DNA of 64,000 nucleotides from Kiritimatiellia bacterium (GCA_031553315.1 JAVBLT010000007.1:104576-168575); one strand, 5' to 3'. Counted from the stretch's first letter, positions 40,901 to 49,584 are shown. A program made the numbers and translations. Notes: generated by a model not told the origin, from the letters alone.

Positions 40901-42175
40901 ACCGGCGTCAGCATCACCGCGCCCGAAACCGTCCGCTTCCTGGATCCGGTCGTCGGCGGCGGTTACACCACCGGCAATGCACCGGCCACGGCCGGCTCTT
41001 CCAGCGTCACGCTCAACGGCGGAACCTTCCTCGCCGAAGTGGTCGCGGGCGGCAGCGGCGCCCAAGCCTCGGTCGCGGGCGACGCCGTGCTCAACGTCAA
41101 CGGCGGCGTGCTGGCCAATACCGTGCTCCGCGGCTCCTCCGCAGCCTCGACCGTCGGCGGCCTCAAACGCCTGCGCGTGAGCGGCGAGCGCGCCATTGAC
41201 CTCACCGGAACCACCGTGATCGATTTCAACGCCGTCGAAGCGACCGGCGGCGCCACGCTCACCCTCGGCCAGGCCACGCAGGTCGATGCCGCCACCGCCG
41301 CAAACGGCGGCAAGCTCGTCATCGCCGGCAAAACCTCCGCCCAAGCCCTTGACTCGGCGGCATTCCGCCACATCCGCCTCACGGTCGCCGACTGGCCCCG
41401 CTCCAACCCCAACGGCAACCTCGGCAACCATTCCAACACCGGTGTGGCCATCGGCGAATTCCGCCTGACCAGCGGCGGCGAACCCGTCTCCTGGGGCACA
41501 GGCGCCTCCATCGCCGGCATTCCCGCGGGAAGTGGAAACGAAGGCGTCGCCTCGATGATCGACGGCAACCCCAACACCAAGTTTTTCACCGCCCCGGGAA
41601 CCGAGCCCGCCTATCAGTTCACCGTAACGCGCGGAGCCGACGCCCCCGCATTCGACGGCTATCAGATTCTCGGATCCGATCAGGCCGGCCGCAGCCCGCG
41701 GGTCTGGACGCTTTCCGCCAGCGTCGACGGCGCCAGCTGGGTTGTTCTCGACCAGCAGGCGCTCACCTACGCTTCACTCGCCGGGTGGAACTACGGCGTG
41801 GTCAAATCCTTCACCTGCGCCCGCACCGGCGTGGCCTCCGCCATCGGCGCCGTCACCGTGGCCGAAGGCGGCACACTCACCGGCTCCGGGCGGCTGATCG
41901 GCAACCTCGCCTTCGAAGCCGGCTCCACCCTGCTCAAAACCTCGACCGACCCCGCCGAAGCGCCCTGGGTGGAAGGAACCGTCTCAGGCGGCGCGACCGT
42001 CGTCGGCCCCGATCTTGAGTTCACGTCCGCCACCCGGCAATATCTGCTGACCGGCCCCGGAGCCGTCGCCGCCGATGCCTCCGCATTCCAGGCGGCCGAA
42101 GGCCTCGTTGTCCGCAACGACGATACCGGCCTTTACCTGACCCGGCAATCCGGCATCATGATCATGCTCTTCTGA
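37985..42175 (+). CDS. large secreted surface protein: repeated beta-strand/autotransporter-associated-like repeats + C-terminal F5/8 type C (discoidin/CBM32-like) domain
   Basis: AT-rich promoter region 37874-37984, RBS gaggtg; signal peptide; two about 330-aa internal repeats; MIDGNPNTKFF…RVWTLSASVDGASW discoidin signature near the C-terminus; 1396 aa. Confidence 0.65.
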   Translation: MTRNRTKNRALSPFALILTGCLSPVFAADAPLVLDNGIPAHSNYTAIDSGAVNRGAVSAAENVWVNFTGEGEISGAITAADAETRYHVKLTAGTMTGNDGATFAVNNAWQAQIRQPVTAASLWIHNGRVPLKSKTALDTVGTVYVAGGQLWFDGDGADAAINAIVVGTSNYSGDSANNYNKAAIRMDANASVTGLTSVISPARFTFSNGKTLTLASLGGSGDLELKNYTQSKTGGFLKINASSEYTGTITIQNNGLEFGGAVTGLPRLIMAQDPAMPEKTVTLKLNAPATLAPGTAFNSGIIDLSAAPLSDTAAAITIPDATVTFAHGLTINLGTGRPANATFRVFGVADGADYAAAFEKINVTLNGRSAFINPAGYVTGYPDIRSANSFETQVVHTGQDLWVNVSVNGGAIKAGIDAAGHNLKITSGTLTGTPPDPSTYSPQNGSTKLLNGPISAASLSIESGRLSPNATGLLANAGTVYLNGGHIYPAGGETFANDFVFNTASYTEGNSYGGSVYRVDSATAFNGSATIRTGSEFCFGGSGMLSFANLRGAGNVILDLYGGTGHILTVDNTDDYTGTILMNNAQISLKLAAGRAAAPRFTLTAGSFIPQMPVTLRAGTALTSGTVDFSGVTLNAATPAMTIPAGAAVSVGAGVAFQMGANYSFPVTLKLFEGPAPAGWNPQTATVLMGAVAPTARTVNADGSITFDIELQPIAFTTPSADWEAKTFPAGTLESIVPAGASVGFGTQPAFVQTLGGKASTVVNVTGGGDSAANIYGMYGRATPPAAFERDVWLAVTGGTFLRVVGGAESEWTSNASGSITGDILVEMRGTSKAGALIGGFQESAFATRFITGNIGVVLGEEALVSGSVIGFANSAHSQTSTLNGNTAVLVKNVQSDTNYASATAPANTAAGWIVGGGMWSTANAGSGAVVNGNTAVAVDIPEGKTGIFRKALVGGSHSVNLGAAPFTVSGSTGVSITAPETVRFLDPVVGGGYTTGNAPATAGSSSVTLNGGTFLAEVVAGGSGAQASVAGDAVLNVNGGVLANTVLRGSSAASTVGGLKRLRVSGERAIDLTGTTVIDFNAVEATGGATLTLGQATQVDAATAANGGKLVIAGKTSAQALDSAAFRHIRLTVADWPRSNPNGNLGNHSNTGVAIGEFRLTSGGEPVSWGTGASIAGIPAGSGNEGVASMIDGNPNTKFFTAPGTEPAYQFTVTRGADAPAFDGYQILGSDQAGRSPRVWTLSASVDGASWVVLDQQALTYASLAGWNYGVVKSFTCARTGVASAIGAVTVAEGGTLTGSGRLIGNLAFEAGSTLLKTSTDPAEAPWVEGTVSGGATVVGPDLEFTSATRQYLLTGPGAVAADASAFQAAEGLVVRNDDTGLYLTRQSGIMIMLF

Positions 42176-42188
42176 TCGCCTTGATCAA

Positions 42189-42227
42189 ACAAACGCCGCC
42201 CCTTGCCGGGCGGCGTTTGTTTTTGTT
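42189..42227 (+). terminator. strong rho-independent terminator after the 1396-aa surface protein gene
   Basis: 13-bp perfect stem ACAAACGCCGCCC/GGGCGGCGTTTGT, 6-nt loop, followed by TTTTGTT. Confidence 0.75.
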
Positions 42228-42280
42228 GCGTTGACGAATCCCCGTTTTTCAGCTACTTTATCCCCGAAAGGAATTCTGGA

Positions 42281-44404
42281 ATGAAACACCGTTGGATCGT
42301 TGCATGGGGAGTGCTGTGCGCGGCTTTCGCGCAGGCCGGTACAATCAAAGTGGCGTGCATCGGCGACAGCATCACCTGGGGAACCGGTCTGGAAGACCGC
42401 GCCACCGAAAGCTATCCCGCCCGCCTTCAGGCCCTGCTCGGCAATGCCTATACCGTGCGCAACTTCGGCGCCCCCGGCCGCGGCGCCTACCGCGACAATG
42501 CCTACAGCGCCACCCCCGAACATGCCGCCGCCCTCGCCTGGCAGCCCGACATCGTGATCTCCAACCTCGGCATCAACGACGCCGAAGCCTACGACGCCTC
42601 CCCCCGCTTCGCCGCCGATTACTGCACCCTCCTGCAAACCTACGCCGGCCTTCCCTCCAAACCCAAGCTCTATCTCTGGACCAAGCTCGCCCCCCTCACC
42701 GAAAAACACCGCCTCTACCGCAGCCCCGCCCCCTTCCTCATGCAGCGCGATCTGGAAATCGTGGCCGACCGCATCGGCGCCGCCCGAATCGACATGCAAT
42801 ACCCCTTCGAGACCATCGCGCTCCAGACCATGCCCGACGGCATCCACCCCAACGCCAAAGGCATGGCCCGCATCGCCGAAATCACAGCCAAGGCGATGAC
42901 GCCCCCCGCCGCCCTCACCCTGCCCTACTATTTCGGCCACGCCATGGTCCTCCCCGCCGAGACCGCCTTCACCATCCGCGGAACCGCCAAACCCGGCGTC
43001 GCCGTCACCTGCGGCGCCCTTTCCGCAGTGGCCGACCGGCGCGGCGAGTGGAGCATGATCCACCCCGCCACCCCGCCCTCCGCCGAAGGCATCACCCTCG
43101 CCTTCAAAGCCGGAGACGAAACCCGCGAATTCTTCAACGTGCTCTTCGGCGACCTCTGGGTCTGCGCCGGCCAATCCAACATGGATTTCGCCGTGACCTC
43201 CAGCGCCAACGCCCGCGAAATCCGCGCCGCCGCGACCAACGCCAACCTCCGCGTGCTCCGCTGGGGCAGCCTGCTCCCCGTTTGGGGCGAAGGCTGGAAC
43301 GAAACCCAGCTTGAGCGCAGCAAAACCCCGGGCCTTTTCGGCGGCGCCTGGCGCGCGGTCGATTCCCCCGGCGCCGCCAGCGACCTTTCCGCGATCGGCG
43401 TGATGTTCGGCCAGGGCCTGCTCGCCGCCCGCCCCGGCATACCCGTCGGCATCATCCAGATTGCCGTGGGCGGCGCGCCGGTCGAAGCGTTTCTGCCCAA
43501 GTGGCGCATGGCCGCCCATGCGCCGCTGGTTCCGCTCGTCACCGCCCGCGGCCCCTGGTATCATACCGTCGGCTTCGTCCTCGAAGCGCACGCCGCCCAG
43601 GCCCGCAAAGCGTTCAAATACGCCCTCCCGCGCTACGACCTTTCCGAAATGATGCACCCCCTTGGCCCCGAAACGATTTGGCGCTGCGCCTTCGAGCCGC
43701 TCTTCTTCGCGCGGGGAAGCGGCGAGGCGTTCCCCGTGAAGGGCGTGGTCTGGTACCAGGGCGAATCCAACGCCGTGGCCCCCAAAAACACCCGCTACCC
43801 CGCCGACCCGGCCTACATGCGCGCGGGGATCGATTCTCTGATCGAGGCGCTGCGAAGCGAAAGCCGCAACGCGGATCTCCCCGTGATCATGGTGCAGCTG
43901 CCCAAGTTCAACCAGCCCTGGATGCTCTTCCGCGAGGCGCAAAGCCAGGCCGCGAAAGCCTTTCCCCGCACCGGCCTCGTGGTTTCCACCGACACGGGCG
44001 ATATGAAAGACATTCACCCGCGCGACAAGAAACCCATCGCCGACCGCTGCCTCGCCGAAGCCCTCCGCCTGGCCTACGGCAATGCCGGCGCCCCCGCCTT
44101 CACCTTCGCCGAAAGCGCCGCGCGCGAAGGAGATTCCGTGATCGTGACCTTCAGCGGCCCCGCGCTGGCTCAAACCGTTTCCCCCGCAGGCGTGGAACTC
44201 TCGGCCGACGGCGAAACCTTCCTCCCCGCGATGAGCGTGACCCGGCTCGATGATTCGCGGATGCGCGCGCAGGGAATCTCAGAGCCCGCCGCCATCCGTT
44301 ACAACTGGGCCCCCGATCCCCCCGGCCGGCTCCTCAACGCCGCCGGGCTGCCCATCGCCCCCTTTCGCTGGAATCAGGATCAGAACCGCGAGGGCGGCCA
44401 TTAA
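42281..44404 (+). CDS. two-domain carbohydrate esterase: N-terminal SGNH/GDSL hydrolase + C-terminal sialate-O-acetylesterase-like (SASA) domain
   Basis: Signal peptide; GDSL block VACIGDSITWGTG and DGIHPN; SASA hallmarks CAGQSNM and VWYQGESN; 707 aa; 3' end overlaps convergent LysE gene by about 125 nt. Confidence 0.7.
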   Translation: MKHRWIVAWGVLCAAFAQAGTIKVACIGDSITWGTGLEDRATESYPARLQALLGNAYTVRNFGAPGRGAYRDNAYSATPEHAAALAWQPDIVISNLGINDAEAYDASPRFAADYCTLLQTYAGLPSKPKLYLWTKLAPLTEKHRLYRSPAPFLMQRDLEIVADRIGAARIDMQYPFETIALQTMPDGIHPNAKGMARIAEITAKAMTPPAALTLPYYFGHAMVLPAETAFTIRGTAKPGVAVTCGALSAVADRRGEWSMIHPATPPSAEGITLAFKAGDETREFFNVLFGDLWVCAGQSNMDFAVTSSANAREIRAAATNANLRVLRWGSLLPVWGEGWNETQLERSKTPGLFGGAWRAVDSPGAASDLSAIGVMFGQGLLAARPGIPVGIIQIAVGGAPVEAFLPKWRMAAHAPLVPLVTARGPWYHTVGFVLEAHAAQARKAFKYALPRYDLSEMMHPLGPETIWRCAFEPLFFARGSGEAFPVKGVVWYQGESNAVAPKNTRYPADPAYMRAGIDSLIEALRSESRNADLPVIMVQLPKFNQPWMLFREAQSQAAKAFPRTGLVVSTDTGDMKDIHPRDKKPIADRCLAEALRLAYGNAGAPAFTFAESAAREGDSVIVTFSGPALAQTVSPAGVELSADGETFLPAMSVTRLDDSRMRAQGISEPAAIRYNWAPDPPGRLLNAAGLPIAPFRWNQDQNREGGH

Positions 44405-44980
44405 AAGCGCCGCCGCCGCGAGCGCCGCCGAGTAGATGCGCGGGCGGCGCCGAAGCAGGTTGCCCAGGCTCCCCCCCGCGCAGGCCACGGCGGAAAACAC
44501 AATCAGCGTGGCCAGAATGAAGAGCGCGCCCAGAACAACGATCTGCGGGAGGAGCGGCGCCTCGGCCCGCCACACAAACTGCGGCAGAAACGCCAGAAAG
44601 AAAATCGAGACCTTCGGGTTGCAGAGGTTCATCACAATCCCCCGGCGGTAGAGCTGCCAGCCCGCAAGCTCCGGCGCCTGCGCAAACCGCGCCTCCCTCC
44701 GCGCGGCGGAAAACATCCCCCACGCCATGTAGAGCAGATAGGCCGCCCCCGCCCAGCGCAGCAGGTTGAAGGCCGCGGGCGAATGCTGGAAAAAGGCCGC
44801 CACGCCCAGCGCCACCGCCGCCGTGTGCGCGAAAAGGCCGCTGCACAGCCCCAGCGTCACGCACAGCCCCTTCTTCGGGCCGTAGGCGAGCGATTGCGCC
44901 AGCACGAAGAGATTATCCGGCCCCGGCGCAAGCCCCAGCAGGAGCGCCGTGCCGAAAAATCCCAGAAGGTGGGCGGTCAT
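44279..44980 (-). CDS. LysE/RhtB-family amino-acid exporter
   Basis: Six TM helices, family motif LGLAPGPDN near N-terminus; 233 aa (about 25-aa C-terminal extension relative to typical family members). Confidence 0.8.
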   Translation of the reverse strand: MTAHLLGFFGTALLLGLAPGPDNLFVLAQSLAYGPKKGLCVTLGLCSGLFAHTAAVALGVAAFFQHSPAAFNLLRWAGAAYLLYMAWGMFSAARREARFAQAPELAGWQLYRRGIVMNLCNPKVSIFFLAFLPQFVWRAEAPLLPQIVVLGALFILATLIVFSAVACAGGSLGNLLRRRPRIYSAALAAAALLMAALAVLILIPAKGGDGQPGGVEEPAGGIGGPVVTDGGGL

Positions 44981-45543
44981 GGAAGAATCCCGTTGGCGGC
45001 GAGCCAGTCGCCCAGCGCATGGCGGGGCAGCCCCACGATGTTGGAGCGCGAGCCCGAATACCCGGCGATGATGAGGTCGGGATGGAGGTCGATGTCGTAA
45101 GCGCCGGCGCGGTCATAGGGCTGCGCGAGATCGAGATAGCGGGCAATGGTTTCCTCGGAGAGCGCCTTGAACCGCGCCGATGCCGCCTCCACGCGCGATT
45201 CCGGCTCCGCCGCCCCCGGCAGCCCCAGCGCAAGGGCGGTGAAAACCGTCTGCGCGCGCCCCGAAAAGAACCGCAGAAACGCCTTTGCTTCCTCCCGGTC
45301 GGCGGGTTTTCCGATCAGGCGCCCTTCGCACAGCACCAGGGTATCGGCGGCGATGATACAGGCTCCGGGGTGTTTTTCCCGCACGGCCAGCCATTTGATG
45401 CGGGCATTGTGAACCACCGTGGCCACCGGGTCGGCGGGATCGCAGATTTCATCGGCCTCGGGAGCGGCGACGGTGAACGCATAGCCCATTTCCGAGAGAA
45501 TCCGCCTGCGCCGGGGCGAGGCCGAAGCCAAAACAATGCGCAT
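44977..45543 (-). CDS. maf: Maf-like nucleoside triphosphate pyrophosphatase
   Basis: MRIVLASASPRRRRIL N-terminus, Maf fold blocks; 188 aa; start overlaps LysE gene by 4 nt. Confidence 0.85.
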   Translation of the reverse strand: MRIVLASASPRRRRILSEMGYAFTVAAPEADEICDPADPVATVVHNARIKWLAVREKHPGACIIAADTLVLCEGRLIGKPADREEAKAFLRFFSGRAQTVFTALALGLPGAAEPESRVEAASARFKALSEETIARYLDLAQPYDRAGAYDIDLHPDLIIAGYSGSRSNIVGLPRHALGDWLAANGILP

Positions 45544-45553
45544 GAGCCATTCC

Positions 45554-46939
45554 TTATTTGCGGGGAGGGGGAAGGTTGAGGCAGCTGCCCGAGGCGGCGG
45601 CCGCGGCTTCCCTCATGACCTCGGCGTGGGTGGGGTGGGCGTGGAGGGTTTCGGCCCAGGCGTGCGCGGTGATGCCCGCCGCCATCGCCACCGAGGCTTC
45701 GTTGATGAGATCCGAGGCGCAGGGTCCGATCATGTGCACGCCTAAAATGCGGTCGCTTTCAGGATCGGCCAGCACCTTCACAAACCCTTCCGCATGGCCC
45801 GAGGCCAGGGCGCGGCCATTGGCCGTGAAGGGGTATTTGCCGATGGCCACGGCGCCTTTTTCCTTGGCCTGCGCTTCGGTGAGGCCGATCCAGCCGGCCT
45901 CGGGGAACCCGTAGATGCAGCCGGGCACGGCGGCGCGGTCGAAGCGGGCGTCGCCCCCGAGGGCGTTGACGGCGGCGACTTCGCCCATCTTGTCGGCGGC
46001 ATGGGCGAGCATGGAAAGGCCGTTGATGTCGCCGGGCGCGAACAGGCCGGGAATGGAGGTTTCCATACGGTCGTTTACGACCGCGAAGCCGCGGTTTTTC
46101 TCCACGGGCAGCTCGCCGAAAAGGCGGGTATCGGGGCGGCGGCCGGTGGCGATGAGCACCCGTTCGGCGGGAATGGCCGAACCGTCGGCCAGGCGCACGG
46201 TGAGGGCGGCGGGCGCGGCGTCGATCCCCGCGACCTGCGCGCCGAGGTGAAAGGCTATGCCGCGCCTGGCGAGCGAGAGGCGCAGCGTGCGGCTGAGCTC
46301 GGCATCCATAAACGGCGCGATGGTTTCCATGGCCTCGACCAGCGTGACCTGCGTGCCGTAGGCGTGAAACACCTGCGCGAGCTCCAGCCCGATCACGCCC
46401 GCCCCCACAATCACCAGCGATTGGGGCAGCACGGTCAAATCCAGAATTTCATCCGAGGTCATCACGCGCGGGTCGTCCGCGCCCGGGATCGGCGGCCGCG
46501 CCGGAACCGAGCCGCCCGCCGCAATCACCGCCTTGGCGGCCTTCAGCACCTGGTCGCCGCACCGGGCCTCAAGCGGCCCCGTGAGCACGGCTTCGCCCTC
46601 GACGAGCTCCACCTTGGAGGCTTTGAGCAGCGAACGGATGCCGTTGACGAGCTTGCCTACGACCGCGTTTTTCTCGGCGACCGCCTTTTCGAGATCGACC
46701 CGGAAGGCGGTATCGGCCAGGAGAATGCCGCGCGAGGCCGCCTGGGCGACGGCGCTCACAATTTCGGCGCCGCGGAGAAACGTTTTGGCCGGAATGCACC
46801 CCCGGTTCAGGCAGGTGCCGCCGACCTGGCGCGCTTCCACAAGGCGCACGGTGGCTCCGAGGCGGGCGGCCTTGAGCGCGGCAATATAACCGGCGGGGCC
46901 GCCGCCAATCACGAGAATATCGGTTGCGTCCATACACAC
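45554..46939 (-). CDS. lpdA: dihydrolipoyl dehydrogenase
   Basis: FAD/redox-disulfide motif GGTCLNRGCIPAK, NAD-binding VIVGAGVIGLE, C-terminal HAHPT dimer-interface motif; 461 aa. Confidence 0.85.
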   Translation of the reverse strand: MCMDATDILVIGGGPAGYIAALKAARLGATVRLVEARQVGGTCLNRGCIPAKTFLRGAEIVSAVAQAASRGILLADTAFRVDLEKAVAEKNAVVGKLVNGIRSLLKASKVELVEGEAVLTGPLEARCGDQVLKAAKAVIAAGGSVPARPPIPGADDPRVMTSDEILDLTVLPQSLVIVGAGVIGLELAQVFHAYGTQVTLVEAMETIAPFMDAELSRTLRLSLARRGIAFHLGAQVAGIDAAPAALTVRLADGSAIPAERVLIATGRRPDTRLFGELPVEKNRGFAVVNDRMETSIPGLFAPGDINGLSMLAHAADKMGEVAAVNALGGDARFDRAAVPGCIYGFPEAGWIGLTEAQAKEKGAVAIGKYPFTANGRALASGHAEGFVKVLADPESDRILGVHMIGPCASDLINEASVAMAAGITAHAWAETLHAHPTHAEVMREAAAAASGSCLNLPPPRK

Positions 46940-46956
46940 CTCCGGGGGGAAACAGC

Positions 46957-46980
46957 AAAGGGAGCCTTTCGGCTCCCTTT
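46957..46980 (-). promoter_or_regulatory. stable 10-bp hairpin (AAAGGGAGCC-TTTC-GGCTCCCTTT) between the small hypothetical gene and lpdA; weak U-tract (possible attenuator/processing site)
   Basis: Perfect palindrome 46957-46980 in the 49-nt intergenic gap. Confidence 0.35.
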
Positions 46981-46988
46981 ATCAGCAT

Positions 46989-47240
46989 TTAGCGAGCCGG
47001 AGGGGTGGGGTTTTTCTGAAGCACGCCCGCGTCGATGAGCTTGTCGATGAGCTGCTGCATCGAGTTGAAGGCGGCGAGAAAGCCGTTGGGGGGCATGATG
47101 ATGCGGAAGGTGCTTTCGGGCACGGGGGCGCCGCCTTCTTCGCCGGGTTGGAGCGTCATGAAATCAAAACGCGCCATGCCGCCGGCGAAGTGAACCTGAC
47201 CGATACCGTCTGCGTAAATTTCTTTTTTAACCTGAGCCAT
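46989..47240 (-). CDS. small hypothetical protein (DUF3467-like)
   Basis: 83 aa, RBS-like aaggag upstream on minus strand (ctcctt at 47248-47253), MAQVKKEIYADGIGQVHFAGGMARFDF. Confidence 0.4.
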   Translation of the reverse strand: MAQVKKEIYADGIGQVHFAGGMARFDFMTLQPGEEGGAPVPESTFRIIMPPNGFLAAFNSMQQLIDKLIDAGVLQKNPTPPAR

Positions 47241-47459
47241 TGTCCTACTCCTTAGTAAACGTGTTGAAGATGCGATAAACTATATCAAAGAAGCGGGAGA
47301 ATCGCAAATCGAAAGCCGCATTACTTCAAAAAGTCTTCGCGAACGGGGGTGAAACCATCGATTAACGCCCCTTTTTCGAGGCCAGGCACCCCGTGGGGCG
47401 CATGTGGGTGCGCCAGCCGCCGCCGGCGGCGGCTTCGATCCGAAGCGAAAACAGCCCGC

Positions 47460-48317
47460 TTACCCCATCACCCGCATGAGGCGGGGCATCACATCGGTGA
47501 GGGATCGGGAGCCGCCGAGGATTTCTTCCGAGCGGGGGCCGAAGGCTACGAGCGGCACGGGGTTGCAGGTGTGGCCGCGGGTGGAGAGGTCTTCGATGTT
47601 GCCGTGGTCGCTGGTGAGGATGAAGAGCAGGTCGGCCTCGCGGGCGGCGGGCACGAGGCGGGTGAGGAAAGCGTCGAGCAGGCCGAGGATGCGGGAGGCC
47701 TGGTCGTGGTTTTGGGAGTGGCCGGCGAGGTCGGTGAGGAAATATTCGAAGAGGGTGAAATCGTTGCAGAGGGCGATGTCGATCAGCTGGGCCGCGGAGG
47801 TTTCGGGTGTGACGAGGGGGCCGGTGTAGCCTTTGCCGACGATGGCCTGGCGGGTGAGGTCGTGGAGCACGGCCTGGCCGGCGAGCATGTCGTTCTGAAA
47901 GCGGAGCACTTCGGGGCAGGTGAGCGACATCACGGTGGTGACGGATTTGAAGCGGCGGCTTTCGAGCTCTTCGGGGGCATCGCAGAAATACGCGTCGGCG
48001 AAGCAGGCGCGCAGGCCTTTGCGCTTGAGCGCCATGAAGATGTTGTCCTGCTGAAGCAGGCGGCAGAGCGTGGGGCCGGGGAAGCCTTCTTTGTGGCGGC
48101 CCATGTATTGCGCGGCGTTGACGCCGGTATAGAGGGTGGCCTGCCCCGTGGCGCTTTGCGGGAGACCGGGCACGCCCAGGCAGGCGTCGATGGCGATGCC
48201 TTGCCGGTGCATCAGGCTGAAAAGCGTGGGGCAAACGCGTTCATTCACGGGGTTCGCATCCGATTTCGGTGCAAAACCCACGCCGTCGACAAACACGTAG
48301 AGAACCTTCACTTTCAT
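47460..48317 (-). CDS. metalloenzyme-superfamily protein (alkaline-phosphatase/iPGM-like core)
   Basis: MKVKVLYVFVDGVGF metal-site start, TSDHGN motif near C-terminus; ATG at 48317 preferred over TTG at 48356. Confidence 0.55.
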   Translation of the reverse strand: MKVKVLYVFVDGVGFAPKSDANPVNERVCPTLFSLMHRQGIAIDACLGVPGLPQSATGQATLYTGVNAAQYMGRHKEGFPGPTLCRLLQQDNIFMALKRKGLRACFADAYFCDAPEELESRRFKSVTTVMSLTCPEVLRFQNDMLAGQAVLHDLTRQAIVGKGYTGPLVTPETSAAQLIDIALCNDFTLFEYFLTDLAGHSQNHDQASRILGLLDAFLTRLVPAAREADLLFILTSDHGNIEDLSTRGHTCNPVPLVAFGPRSEEILGGSRSLTDVMPRLMRVMG

Positions 48318-48353
48318 GTTATCGTTGTAACCCAAATGCCTTCGGAGTGCAAG

Positions 48354-48393
48354 CAAAAAGAAAGCGGGGCAAGCGCTTTTGCATCTGCCCCGC
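48354..48393 (-). terminator. intrinsic terminator (minus strand) downstream of PEP-CTERM gene 1
   Basis: 8-bp stem GCGGGGCA/TGCCCCGC with 14-nt loop; on minus strand followed by TTTCTTTTTG. Confidence 0.5.
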
Positions 48394-48429
48394 CTGGATC
48401 CTTCCTCATTTTCACTAAAAGCGGCGGGG

Positions 48430-48801
48430 TCAGCCCCTCCGCCGCCTCAAGGCAGCCAAGGCGAAGCCAAGCAGGCCGAGCATTGCCGAGGCGGGCTCGG
48501 GGACGGCGCCGGGATCGGGGATGTCGTCGTCGGGCGGGGGGCCGATCCAGGTGCCGTCGTCATCGGAGTCGTCTTCGGAAAAGGTGCGGAAGGAGGTCGA
48601 AGGGGAAACGGGCAGGAGCAGAGGGCGCGGCGAACGGGCTCCCAGCGAGGCGGCGAGCGCGTGGTCGGGTTGCAGAAGAAGGGCTGCCGGCGCGCTGTGG
48701 GAGATTGCGCCGGCGGGCTCAGGCGCGGCAAGCGCCACGGCGTGCGCGGAACTTGGGCCAATGAGGAAAACCCCGGCGACGAGCGTGTAAAACGGCTTCA
48801 T
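48430..48801 (-). CDS. small secreted PEP-CTERM sorting-domain protein
   Basis: Signal peptide MKPFYTLVAGVFLIGPSSAHA; acidic DDSDDDG stretch; C-terminal VPEPASAMLGLLGFALAALRRRRG (PEP motif + TM + basic tail). Confidence 0.7.
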   Translation of the reverse strand: MKPFYTLVAGVFLIGPSSAHAVALAAPEPAGAISHSAPAALLLQPDHALAASLGARSPRPLLLPVSPSTSFRTFSEDDSDDDGTWIGPPPDDDIPDPGAVPEPASAMLGLLGFALAALRRRRG

Positions 48802-48964
48802 GAAAAGCTCCTGTTTTTGGCGTGGTACAGAATCTGGAGAAGGAGGCGGAATTTTTCATAAAGGGAAAGAAGAGTCAATTAAAAAAAGTGTTTTTTTGAA
48901 ATTTCGCCATATCAATGATGAAGTTAGGTCTTTTTGTTATTATTTTTTAACAAACTCAGGGCAT

Positions 48965-49002
48965 AAAAAAATCGGTTCGGGCGCCTAAGCGCCCGAACCG
49001 AT
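48965..49002 (-). terminator. strong rho-independent terminator (minus strand) after PEP-CTERM gene 2
   Basis: Perfect 14-bp stem ATCGGTTCGGGCGC/GCGCCCGAACCGAT, 4-nt loop CTAA; A6 on plus strand = U6 tract after hairpin on minus strand. Confidence 0.8.
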
Positions 49003-49023
49003 TCTGTCAACGGGGAGAAGGAA

Positions 49024-49584
49024 TCAGAACCCCTGGCGGCGGCGTAGCGCCACAAGCGCGAAGCCGAGCATTCCAAGCAGGGCGGAGGCGGGCTCGGGAA
49101 CAACGGTGTTTTCCGTTTTCATCCATCCGGAGGAAAACCAGTTGCCCGCGGAGCCTTCCCACATGGCGCCGTTGCCTTGCTGCGATGACGTGATGTAGGA
49201 ATTTGAGGCGATGTATTCGGCGTCGTCCGCCGTCAGGAAGACAACGCTCGTTCTGAGGGTATCTAAAACAATTTTGATTTCGGGATCCGGCTCCACTTTC
49301 GTCGCCACAATCATCATGGGAGACCACATTCCTTCGCCGCGAGTGGCGACCGTGATGGCGCTATCCAGAGCCTGGCGGGTTATTTTCCCGTCGGAATCGC
49401 CGAAGGCGGAGTCGAACGTGACGAGCTTGATGCTCTGGATGTCGTTGATGTTGACGCCGCTGGGGAGGGCCGAGGCATAGAGCATGACCATGACCGAGTC
49501 GACACTGAGTACGACAGCCTGCGCAGAGGCGCAAAGAAGAAACGCAACATAAAATGTCAACTGTTTCATCATACGTTTTATCAT
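49024..49584 (-). CDS. secreted PEP-CTERM sorting-domain protein (lower GC, about 50%)
   Basis: ATG at 49584 with RBS gaaagg; signal peptide MKQLTFYVAFLLCASAQA; C-terminal VVPEPASALLGMLGFALVALRRRQGF. Confidence 0.7.
   Translation of the reverse strand: MIKRMMKQLTFYVAFLLCASAQAVVLSVDSVMVMLYASALPSGVNINDIQSIKLVTFDSAFGDSDGKITRQALDSAITVATRGEGMWSPMMIVATKVEPDPEIKIVLDTLRTSVVFLTADDAEYIASNSYITSSQQGNGAMWEGSAGNWFSSGWMKTENTVVPEPASALLGMLGFALVALRRRQGF

Noticed and set aside
47388-47433. GC-rich palindromes (GCACCC…GGGTGC and the perfect 18-nt GCCGCCGCCGGCGGCGGC) downstream of the metalloenzyme gene
   Set aside because: No U-tract follows. Such GC palindromes arise frequently by chance in this GC range, so they were not annotated as a terminator.
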